A stretch of DNA of 64,000 nt, taken from the IMG/VR virus record IMGVR_UViG_3300044701_001985; one strand, written 5' to 3'. The notes under the pieces are model-generated. The model saw nothing but the letters and a program-made list of their open reading frames with translations, ran no database searches and had not been told where the DNA came from. This document shows, in pieces, positions 47,301 through 53,238 of the stretch. Position 1 is the first letter of the stretch, and each line of letters opens with the position of its first letter. The position numbers were made by a program, and so were the translations under genes. The DNA is from an uncultured virus (IMG/VR IMGVR_UViG_3300044701_001985) (Duplodnaviria > Heunggongvirae > Uroviricota > Caudoviricetes).

Positions 47301-48006
47301 TTACAACAACACAGCAAAAATTTATGTTGGCATTAATAAAGATTTGGAAATAGAAACTAATGAAACAATTACATTTATTATTAATGGAACTGGAGCATCA
47401 GCTCAAATTATTGTACTTGGTGACATTATAGAAGATGAACCAGTCATTATAACACCATTGGTCCCATGTATCAATCCGCCAACTGCTGGTGTTCCTGTAA
47501 CAAATGACTCTGGAGCAATCATAAGCATACCAATCAGTAGAAGGGGTTGCCCATATCAAAAACCACCTAGAGTTATTGTACGTGGTAAAGGTTACGGAGC
47601 TTCTGCCATAGCTTTATTGGATGAAAATGGCTACGTTAGTGAAATTAGAGTTACTAGAACTGGAAGAGGATACGTTAAAAATAATCCAGATAACCAAAAT
47701 TTAACTTGTGTAATTGATTCATATACACTATTAAATCCAGGAAGAGGATATACTTCTGAGCCTGATGTGTTTATCAATGGAGAGCAAGGAATTGCTAGAG
47801 CTAGAATAAATGAATTGGGATACGTTTTTAGTGTCGAAGTTTTAGATAGAACAAAAACATTTAAGAACATTCCTAGTATTATAATTAGAGGTGGTGGAGG
47901 TGCTGGTGCTAGAGTATTACCAAGTCTAAATTGTCTAGATAAAGTTGAACTTGAGACCAGAGGATACACCAAGATCGGAACAGGTAAATATATTGATTGT
48001 CCATAA
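44368..48006 (+). CDS. gp5: gp5-like baseplate hub protein (N-terminal OB domain) with Calx-beta/Ig-like repeats
   Basis: FNWWVGQVE, RYRVRIVGQH, ELPWA and WVIGFYLD...QKPIIMG; Calx-beta 'GSATEGIDF...GTLGFAPGESEKT'. Confidence 0.8.
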   Translation: MDPVLSSLFPINQIGSDGFNWWVGQVESNKNDDPKNSGRYRVRIVGQHLKDCDATPTNELPWANVMMPVTTPFTDGGTTGASVDLRQGNWVIGFYLDADKQKPIIMGSIGHTAGSTLIENYEKDPNPSGTCKSFTTYFDPERNPYKHEPLPEKKKDGGEAEADDSKYTKPGQTGLIAAAVPGKAPASFYALFAENTATNPTGAKVCVEIANPKCGSESDLSGGLTNILSEMLAANQQSGGQLGDYYVSQINGELSNYESIARTYVNKATRLVSSFVSRAKGEVVNVVREGIDGLVEVTLIADVPTTDELGNVNTGPVAPDLGVEPFQPITKKESRLKPVLDVINEILDDLGCEMADFTDTLAQWLTDLLLDIFMEAFNAVTCLIDAVVESIINEILNGLEEILSTVLGPLQDFLDTLADPLNVIGSAINEVFSLLGISCDGPSTQCEKVTKECTDCGTEDTEDWLDKLIEQLEDGPLAGSSICDESKESTEDEETSIVFVGGIFEPAEDVPVDSDVASLENIFVYRSSDVQVVEGKNATFTIFREGNTLVSSSVKYQVINGSATEGIDFIKPTNGGTLGFAPGESEKTLVFKTLADDIDENVETFQIKLSEGTTPEGSVVSFPDGKIFVCEILNYDLNAIKDPISELPTGIGEITSTQSTTILNPPANFITSPVKTKTTLNTILPTLPTYTVIPNRNSFFEGEEITFNIVTQNVSDNVTLSYTISGDISSNDVDGGQLTGSFTVVNNFAEVKIKTTINNDFSTQVEDEDGNLIDEDIPDPSERLIFSIDNTNASAIVTILGDDIPEDPYYFVESDKIVYDEGETITYTITSVNVPDNTVVNYELSGPEIEKTDIIEYELSGTFTIVNNAATVLVQIAKDADIENSELLTFSIVGVENGDATSVIISADPIPEDEEVTIITPSFFVESDKIEYMEGETAEFTVTTSNVPDGTNLQYVLYGSSLKSNDIINGKLFGTFVIYNNTAKIYVGINKDLEIETNETITFIINGTGASAQIIVLGDIIEDEPVIITPLVPCINPPTAGVPVTNDSGAIISIPISRRGCPYQKPPRVIVRGKGYGASAIALLDENGYVSEIRVTRTGRGYVKNNPDNQNLTCVIDSYTLLNPGRGYTSEPDVFINGEQGIARARINELGYVFSVEVLDRTKTFKNIPSIIIRGGGGAGARVLPSLNCLDKVELETRGYTKIGTGKYIDCP

Positions 48007-49202
48007 TGTCTGTAACTAACAAACCAGCTTCAAATCCAGATGTAACTAAAGGTACAGTTCCTAATTCAACTGGGGATTTATCTGTTAGCTATGGTGAAGG
48101 TCCTATTCCAGATTATTCTTATATTCTTGGCAAATGGACTCTAACTACCTATACTTTTCCAGAAGATGGCTCTTCTGGATTTGCTATTACTGATGGAAAA
48201 TCTGCTTTCCATATTGATAACCAAGGAAATATAATTTTTGGCACTGGTTCTCCATCTCAAAGTGGCTGTGGTGGAAAACTTATCATGAAATCTGAATCCC
48301 AACTACAAAAAACAAAGTCTGTTGCCATTGAAGTTGAGGGAAGACCAGATGATGGATCTTTAAAAAAAGAAACTAATAGTAAAGGTGGAATAGACGAAAC
48401 AAAACTACCAGCATATTCTTTGAAAGTATATGGTGATGTTCTCATTGAATGTATTGGCGGAGAAGCTGTAATAAAAGGAGAAAATATTACATTAAATGCT
48501 TCGAGCACATTAAATTTAACTTCAGGAAAAGACATAAACATTTCTGCTGGTAAAGAAGGAGGCAGAATTAACATGTTTGGGGGAACTTTTAATCTAAACA
48601 CTAGTTTCTTTGAGAAAAATTTAAGCGGCGGAGAATATTCCAAAGGGGCAGGTGAAGTACAAATTGAACAGTATAATCCTAACGCTGTCACATCTGTTTC
48701 TACTCCAGGTAGTATTAATTATACTGTAAATGGTAATTATGAACTAGGTGTGACAGGAGATTACAAACAAATCGTAAACAAAAATTACTCTTTGAACGTA
48801 GATCTTGACTATGCTAGGGAAGTAAAAGGAAACCTATCGGAAAAAACTATAGGAAAACAAAAGACTGTTATCACAGGAACTTCAATTCGGGAAAGCACTC
48901 AACAAGAGTCTTATGTCCTTGAGATAGGAGCAAATCCAACACCAGAAATTGCTACGTATAAAGTTTCTAGCGGTGGTAAAGTTGAGATGTCTACTACTAC
49001 AGGTGGATATAAATTTGAAGCTGCTGGTCAAGTCAGTAAAATGACTTTAGATGAAAAAGAATTTAAAGTTAATGTTGGTAGTAAATTAGGAGCCATTGAA
49101 TTAACTCAAACCCAAGCATTAATTTCTTTTGCTGAGACATCTAAAATAACTTTAGAACCAGCTAAAGTTTCTGTAGTTGCTACACAGATTTACCTAAACT
49201 GA
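48006..49202 (+). CDS. gp5 C-terminal beta-helix-like spike protein
   Basis: Repeated VxGNYxxxVxGDY-type units; TAATG-coupled to gp5. Confidence 0.6.
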   Translation: MSVTNKPASNPDVTKGTVPNSTGDLSVSYGEGPIPDYSYILGKWTLTTYTFPEDGSSGFAITDGKSAFHIDNQGNIIFGTGSPSQSGCGGKLIMKSESQLQKTKSVAIEVEGRPDDGSLKKETNSKGGIDETKLPAYSLKVYGDVLIECIGGEAVIKGENITLNASSTLNLTSGKDINISAGKEGGRINMFGGTFNLNTSFFEKNLSGGEYSKGAGEVQIEQYNPNAVTSVSTPGSINYTVNGNYELGVTGDYKQIVNKNYSLNVDLDYAREVKGNLSEKTIGKQKTVITGTSIRESTQQESYVLEIGANPTPEIATYKVSSGGKVEMSTTTGGYKFEAAGQVSKMTLDEKEFKVNVGSKLGAIELTQTQALISFAETSKITLEPAKVSVVATQIYLN

Positions 49203-49269
49203 AATTCAAAAACTAAATCCACGAAATCGGGAAAAAATTCTCCAGGTAAAAATGAGTAAAAAAGTTGAG
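49201..49269 (+). repeat. Phased A-tract repeat, copy 1
   Basis: 57/69 identical (by hand) to 52397-52465. Confidence 0.85.
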
Positions 49270-49307
49270 TACCATATTAAACCATTTTGCTTTTAAAGTC
49301 AATACCC

Positions 49308-49336
49308 TTGACAATTTCCCAAAACCTCAGTATGAT
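49308..49336 (+). promoter_or_regulatory. Sigma70 promoter
   Basis: TTGACA-N17-TATGAT, flanked by the CCCTTGACA/TGTCAGGGG inverted repeat. Confidence 0.75.
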
Positions 49337-49389
49337 AGCTCTGTCAGGGGTTAAGGGTCCTAATAAATAATTCTATATGGAGAATATAC

Positions 49390-49710
49390 ATGCTGTCTAC
49401 ACAATATCGTCTACGTTTAGAAGGTATCTGTAACAAGATCGCTCAACATGAAGAAGTGAGCTTGGAAGAAATGATATGGGCAGAAAAATTAGCCAAAGCT
49501 AATCGAACTGCTGGTACTATGTTGAGACAGGCGAGACGAACAGCAGAAAATCCACATATGGTGGAGGGAGATATGGATGATTTTTTAAACCAACTTGATA
49601 TAGGTGGCACTGGACACGAACGGTTTGGTAAGAGTGGTTTCGATAGTATTGATGATATGGTTGATTGGTGGACCAAGGATAAGCCTGATGACTGGAGACA
49701 AAGAGACTAG
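49390..49710 (+). CDS. Conserved cyanophage hypothetical protein
   Basis: MLSTQYRLRLE...DWRQRD; GGAG RBS. Confidence 0.75.
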   Translation: MLSTQYRLRLEGICNKIAQHEEVSLEEMIWAEKLAKANRTAGTMLRQARRTAENPHMVEGDMDDFLNQLDIGGTGHERFGKSGFDSIDDMVDWWTKDKPDDWRQRD

Positions 49711-49723
49711 TGGCACAATCGGC

Positions 49724-49757
49724 TTGACAAGCTCACCTGTAGGTGGTACTATAAATA
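49724..49757 (+). promoter_or_regulatory. Composite sigma70 and late promoter
   Basis: TTGACA-N17-TACTAT overlapping TATAAATA (49750). Confidence 0.7.
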
Positions 49758-49778
49758 CACACAGGTCAAAGAAATCCA

Positions 49779-49907
49779 ATGACTGTTCCAAACTGGCAAC
49801 ATCACAGCAGCAAAGAACAAAAGAGGACTCTTAAACCTCAGGCTTTACGAGCTGCTAAAAAACGTGTAAAACAAATGAAGAAAAAATTTGATGTTATATG
49901 TAGATAG
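49779..49907 (+). CDS. Small basic hypothetical protein (42 aa; not in ORF track)
   Basis: MTVPNWQHHSSKEQKRTLKPQALRAAKKR...; directly after the promoter. Confidence 0.65.
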   Translation: MTVPNWQHHSSKEQKRTLKPQALRAAKKRVKQMKKKFDVICR

Positions 49908-50466
49908 TATAACAACGATCGATAATTTTTTAGAAGCCTCTCAGCATTTAAATATTTTAAATACTACAAACAGCTCTAAATTTCCTTGGAATAGAGGAAC
50001 TATTTTACCAAATAATCTTTATGTAGGAAATCCAAATAGTAATTTACATTTTGTACATAAACTAGTTAGTGTTCATCACCGCTATATTGAAGATACTCAA
50101 GTATCACATGATGTTACAAGAAATGAATACTATCCTATAATAGAGCCAATTGTAGATAAACTACAAATATCTTCTTTATTGAGAGCACAAATTAATTTAA
50201 CCCCCAACACAGGACGCTTTAATAAAGCAGGGTTTCATGTAGATGTATCTAACTCTTTTTTGGGAAAAGGAATGACGGCAATTTATTACATTAATACCAA
50301 TAATGGGTTTACAGAATTTTCTGACGGTACTATAGTAAAATCTATAGAAAATAGAATTTGTGTGTTTCCGAATAACATGCTTCACACAGGAGTTTCTTCG
50401 ACAAACACTTCTCATAGGTTAGTTCTTAATTTAAATTGGCTATCGAAAGCAACAGGACGAATATGA
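49891..50466 (+). CDS. 2OG-Fe(II) oxygenase superfamily protein
   Basis: GFHVD (HxD), TAIYYINTNNGFT, ENRICVF...HTG and RLVLNLN. Confidence 0.85.
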   Translation: MLYVDSITTIDNFLEASQHLNILNTTNSSKFPWNRGTILPNNLYVGNPNSNLHFVHKLVSVHHRYIEDTQVSHDVTRNEYYPIIEPIVDKLQISSLLRAQINLTPNTGRFNKAGFHVDVSNSFLGKGMTAIYYINTNNGFTEFSDGTIVKSIENRICVFPNNMLHTGVSSTNTSHRLVLNLNWLSKATGRI

Positions 50467-50499
50467 AGCCATTAAATTGATATAATCACTTCATTTCAT

Positions 50500-50571
50500 G
50501 GGAGTATAGCTTAATGGTTAGAGCGGGCTCCTTATAAGGGCTTAGTCTGGGTTCAACTCCCAGTATTCCCA
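50500..50571 (+). tRNA. tRNA-Ile(UAU)
   Basis: Cloverleaf: GGGAGTA/TATTCCC acceptor, anticodon loop CT-TAT-AA, T-loop TTCAACT. Confidence 0.85.
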
Positions 50572-50587
50572 TTACATACACTTGTTG

Positions 50588-50595
50588 TATAAATA
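50588..50595 (+). promoter_or_regulatory. T4-type late promoter for the HNH gene
   Basis: Exact TATAAATA. Confidence 0.65.
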
Positions 50596-50623
50596 GGTGT
50601 ATGTATATCTTCATAACACCATT

Positions 50624-51055
50624 ATGGATACTAATATTACTACTTGTCAAGGTTGTGGATGTGACATTCTTAATGAGAGAATGACAAAAGGACGACTAAA
50701 AAAATGGTGTAGTAATGCTTGTAGGCAAAAATGGCGTTATAAAAATGACCCAGTTACAATAAACCGAGACACTTATACTGAACAAAAAGCAAGAGGTTAT
50801 TCTAATAAATGGAAAGCCCTTCAATATAAAGGTGGCAAATGTGAAAAATGTGGCGAAGATAGACCAGCAACTCTATGTTTTCACCACAGAGACCCATCTC
50901 AAAAAGAATTAAAACTTGATGGAAGATCTTTTGCTAATAGAAAATGGGAAACCATTAAAGAAGAAGTTGACAAATGTGATCTTCTTTGTCATAATTGTCA
51001 CCATATCTTACATTATGGTGATAGTTGGGGAGAGTTTTTACAAACGCTGGTTTAG
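50624..51055 (+). CDS. HNH endonuclease inside the tRNA cluster
   Basis: N-terminal CQGC/WCSNAC zinc motif; GGKCEKCG, LCFHHRDP and EVDKCDLLCHNCH. Confidence 0.85.
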   Translation: MDTNITTCQGCGCDILNERMTKGRLKKWCSNACRQKWRYKNDPVTINRDTYTEQKARGYSNKWKALQYKGGKCEKCGEDRPATLCFHHRDPSQKELKLDGRSFANRKWETIKEEVDKCDLLCHNCHHILHYGDSWGEFLQTLV

Positions 51056-51118
51056 CTCTCTGGAGAAAGCACTGCCCTCATAAGGCAAGACAGGTGGGTT
51101 CGATCCCCACAACCAGCA
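51046..51118 (+). tRNA. tRNA with CAU anticodon (Met, or lysidine-type Ile2)
   Basis: GCTGGTT/AACCAGC acceptor, CT-CAT-AA loop, GTGGG-TTCGATC-CCCAC T-arm. Confidence 0.85.
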
Positions 51119-51119
51119 C

Positions 51120-51148
51120 TTGACAATCTCAGCAAAACCTGCTATGAT
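51120..51148 (+). promoter_or_regulatory. Sigma70 promoter upstream of tRNA-Leu
   Basis: TTGACA-N17-TATGAT with extended TG; GACAATC/GATTGTC inverted repeat. Confidence 0.72.
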
Positions 51149-51162
51149 TGTCTCATACACAT

Positions 51163-51235
51163 GCCCGTGTAGTCCAGCGGCAGAGACAGAGCACTTAAAA
51201 TGCTTCCAGGGTCAGTTCGAATCTGACCACGGGTA
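51163..51235 (+). tRNA. tRNA-Leu(UAA) with a short variable loop
   Basis: GCCCGTG/CACGGGT acceptor, CT-TAA-AA loop, GTCAG-TTCGAAT-CTGAC T-arm. Confidence 0.82.
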
Positions 51236-51266
51236 TTCCACTAAATAAATTGAGTGGAAAAAAGTA

Positions 51267-51533
51267 ATGAAATACACACTATCTCAATCATATTGCTTTT
51301 ATATGGGCGAGGTAGTTCGTATGTATTTCATTCAAGGTATGCCATATACCTTTGATGAACTTCCACAAATAGTTCAAGATCACCCAGGCATTCAAACAGA
51401 AGCTCTTAGTAATAGAGATTTTGATGATGAAGATCTTTATGTATGGTCTAACTATTTGATACTAGAAGAAGTACATCCATTAATGTTTGAACTTGAATTA
51501 GAAAATCCTGAATTACTGCCAAAAGATGATTAA
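51267..51533 (+). CDS. Conserved cyanophage hypothetical protein
   Basis: VVRMYFIQGMPYTFDEL and HPLMFELELENPELLP. Confidence 0.75.
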   Translation: MKYTLSQSYCFYMGEVVRMYFIQGMPYTFDELPQIVQDHPGIQTEALSNRDFDDEDLYVWSNYLILEEVHPLMFELELENPELLPKDD

Positions 51534-52050
51534 TGAATTTTTTAGATTAATTGAAGGAAGATTTGAAAATAAAATTCAAGCATTTTCTCACCCAAGTAAG
51601 TACGCCTACATTAGAGTTACTCATGTAAATTTGGGTGAAGGATTAATTTATGGCGAACAAGCATACAATTATCAATTAAATAAACCATACAGGCAATTTG
51701 TTCTTGAACCAATTCAAGAAAATAACCAAATTAGAATTTATAATTATGAAATCCAAAATAAAGAAACTTATCTTGGATTTAAACACCTTGACAACATTGA
51801 CAAGGATGTGCTAAAATTAAAGTCTGGCTGTGATGTAGTTCTCACTCAACAAGGTCAGTCATTTGTCGGGGGTATACAAGGTTGTGATTGTATGGTAGAC
51901 TGGATGGGTCGAGAGACTTATCTTCAAAATCAAATTGAGTTGACTCCAACTCATTATTATGTTATGGACCGTGGATTCTGTGCTGAACATAAACATCAGC
52001 TTTGGGGATCTAAATATGGTAGGTTTGAATTTGCTAGAATGCCTCAGTAG
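51526..52050 (+). CDS. cpeT: CpcT/CpeT-like phycobilin lyase
   Basis: GRFENKIQAFSHP, YGEQAY...PYRQ, GCD and DRGF...WGSKYGRFEF. Confidence 0.85.
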   Translation: MINEFFRLIEGRFENKIQAFSHPSKYAYIRVTHVNLGEGLIYGEQAYNYQLNKPYRQFVLEPIQENNQIRIYNYEIQNKETYLGFKHLDNIDKDVLKLKSGCDVVLTQQGQSFVGGIQGCDCMVDWMGRETYLQNQIELTPTHYYVMDRGFCAEHKHQLWGSKYGRFEFARMPQ

Positions 52051-52114
52051 CTCAGTTGGATAGAGCAACGCTTTTGTAAAGCGTAGGTCGTCGGTTCGAG
52101 TCCGACCTTGGGCT
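52041..52114 (+). tRNA. tRNA-Thr(UGU)
   Basis: Cloverleaf with ACGCT-TTTGTAA-AGCGT anticodon arm and GTCGG-TTCGAGT-CCGAC T-arm. Confidence 0.9.
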
Positions 52115-52178
52115 TTGAAAGGTCTGGAAATGTTCGGATCTTTCATACGAGTCGGGATCATCATATCCGACTCACCAA

Positions 52179-52255
52179 TCCTCTGGTAGTCTATTGGTAA
52201 GGACACCCCGACAAGGGAGTTGGAAACTGGGTTCAATTCCCAGACAGAGGAACCA
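52179..52255 (+). ncRNA. tRNA-like RNA with encoded CCA and an aberrant anticodon arm
   Basis: TCCTCTG/CAGAGGA acceptor plus A-CCA, D-arm GTCT..GGTAA..GGAC, T-arm CTGGG-TTCAATT-CCCAG; anticodon arm is only CCC-CGACAA-GGG. Confidence 0.65.
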
Positions 52256-52298
52256 TCATTTGCGCTGGAAAGATAAACCAGAATGCCGTGGTGGTTAT

Positions 52299-52380
52299 GT
52301 CGATGTGGCGGAATTGGTAGACGCACTGGGTTTAGGTTCCAGTGTCTTCGGACGTGGAGGTTCAAGTCCTCTCATCGACA
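52299..52380 (+). tRNA. tRNA-Leu(UAG)
   Basis: GTCGATG/CATCGAC acceptor, TT-TAG-GT loop, long variable arm GTC-TTCG-GAC. Confidence 0.92.
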
Positions 52381-52396
52381 TCGGATTCTATAATCC

Positions 52397-52465
52397 GAAA
52401 TTGAAAAACTAAATCCATGAAATCGGGAAAAAATTCCCCGCCAAAAAATCGTCAAAAAAGTCGAG
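52397..52465 (+). repeat. Phased A-tract repeat, copy 2
   Basis: Matches 49201-49269. Confidence 0.85.
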
Positions 52466-52474
52466 GGTAAACAA

Positions 52475-52618
52475 ATGACTCTTTTATCTAAAAAAGATCA
52501 CGAAATGGTTATCGAAGCACTTGAAACCCTAATTCAAACAAAGGAGGAAACCGACGATAAGTTTCAATATTTGAATTTACTCAATTGGGTAAAAATTAAA
52601 TCTAAAGAAGTATTTTAG
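52475..52618 (+). CDS. Small hypothetical protein (47 aa; not in ORF track)
   Basis: GAGG RBS; MTLLSKKDHEMVIEALE...LLNWVKIK. Confidence 0.6.
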   Translation: MTLLSKKDHEMVIEALETLIQTKEETDDKFQYLNLLNWVKIKSKEVF

Positions 52619-52620
52619 TT

Positions 52621-53046
52621 ATGTCTGCATCTGTTATTGAAATTCTTTTTAATGAAAAATCTGAATTGTCCCAACAAATCAGAAAAGCATGTGCTTGTTG
52701 TGGAATTGAAAAACCCTTCAATAAAGATTATTATCATGTAAATCGGGGGTCTAAAGGAGACCTTCGATCAGTGTGTAAAGTGTGTAGAAGTTCTGTTGGG
52801 AAAAAATATAATAAAGCTGCTCGTAAATTAATGAGCATATTTAAAATTAAAACTCCTCCAGTAGGAACTCCTTGTTCTTGCTGTGGCAGAACTGATCTAA
52901 AATTAGTTTGTGACCATATTCATAACACCCAAACTATTCGTGGATTTATTTGTGATAACTGTAATGTGGGTATTGGGAGACTTGGTGATACTGTTGAAGG
53001 TGTTGAAAAAGCTCTCAAATATTTACAAGGATCATATTTAACTTAA
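52621..53046 (+). CDS. Endonuclease VII-family free-standing (homing-type) endonuclease
   Basis: CSCC...LVCDHIH....RGFICDNCNVGIG.LGD...ALKYL; N-terminal CxxC pairs. Confidence 0.85.
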   Translation: MSASVIEILFNEKSELSQQIRKACACCGIEKPFNKDYYHVNRGSKGDLRSVCKVCRSSVGKKYNKAARKLMSIFKIKTPPVGTPCSCCGRTDLKLVCDHIHNTQTIRGFICDNCNVGIGRLGDTVEGVEKALKYLQGSYLT

Positions 53047-53118
53047 TGGGGTGTAGCTCAACGGCAGAGCTATCGGCTGTTAACCGATCGGTTGCAGGTT
53101 CGAATCCCGCCGCCCCAG
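53047..53118 (+). tRNA. tRNA-Asn(GUU)
   Basis: TGGGGTG/CGCCCCA acceptor and ATCGG-CTGTTAA-CCGAT anticodon arm. Confidence 0.9.
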
Positions 53119-53158
53119 TTGGCGATACTGCCATGATCCAAACCCCTTCCGTGTGCCT

Positions 53159-53197
53159 TAAAACCTCTCCTTCGGGAGGGGTTTTATTGTATAAATA
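53159..53197 (+). terminator. Terminator followed by a late promoter
   Basis: AAAACCTCTCC-TTCG-GGAGGGGTTTT, then TATAAATA at 53190. Confidence 0.8.
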
Positions 53198-53238
53198 CTT
53201 TGAAGAAGAAAGCACACAACTAGTAGGTCTGAGTAATT

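Noticed and set aside
45156..48691. Several 110-220-aa antisense ORFs in the baseplate genes
   Set aside because: Ser/Ile-rich mirror translations of the sense genes with no independent signals.
51859..52412. ORFs 51859-52365 (-) and 52194-52412 (+)
   Set aside because: They run across tRNA genes and structured RNA, so they are shadow ORFs.
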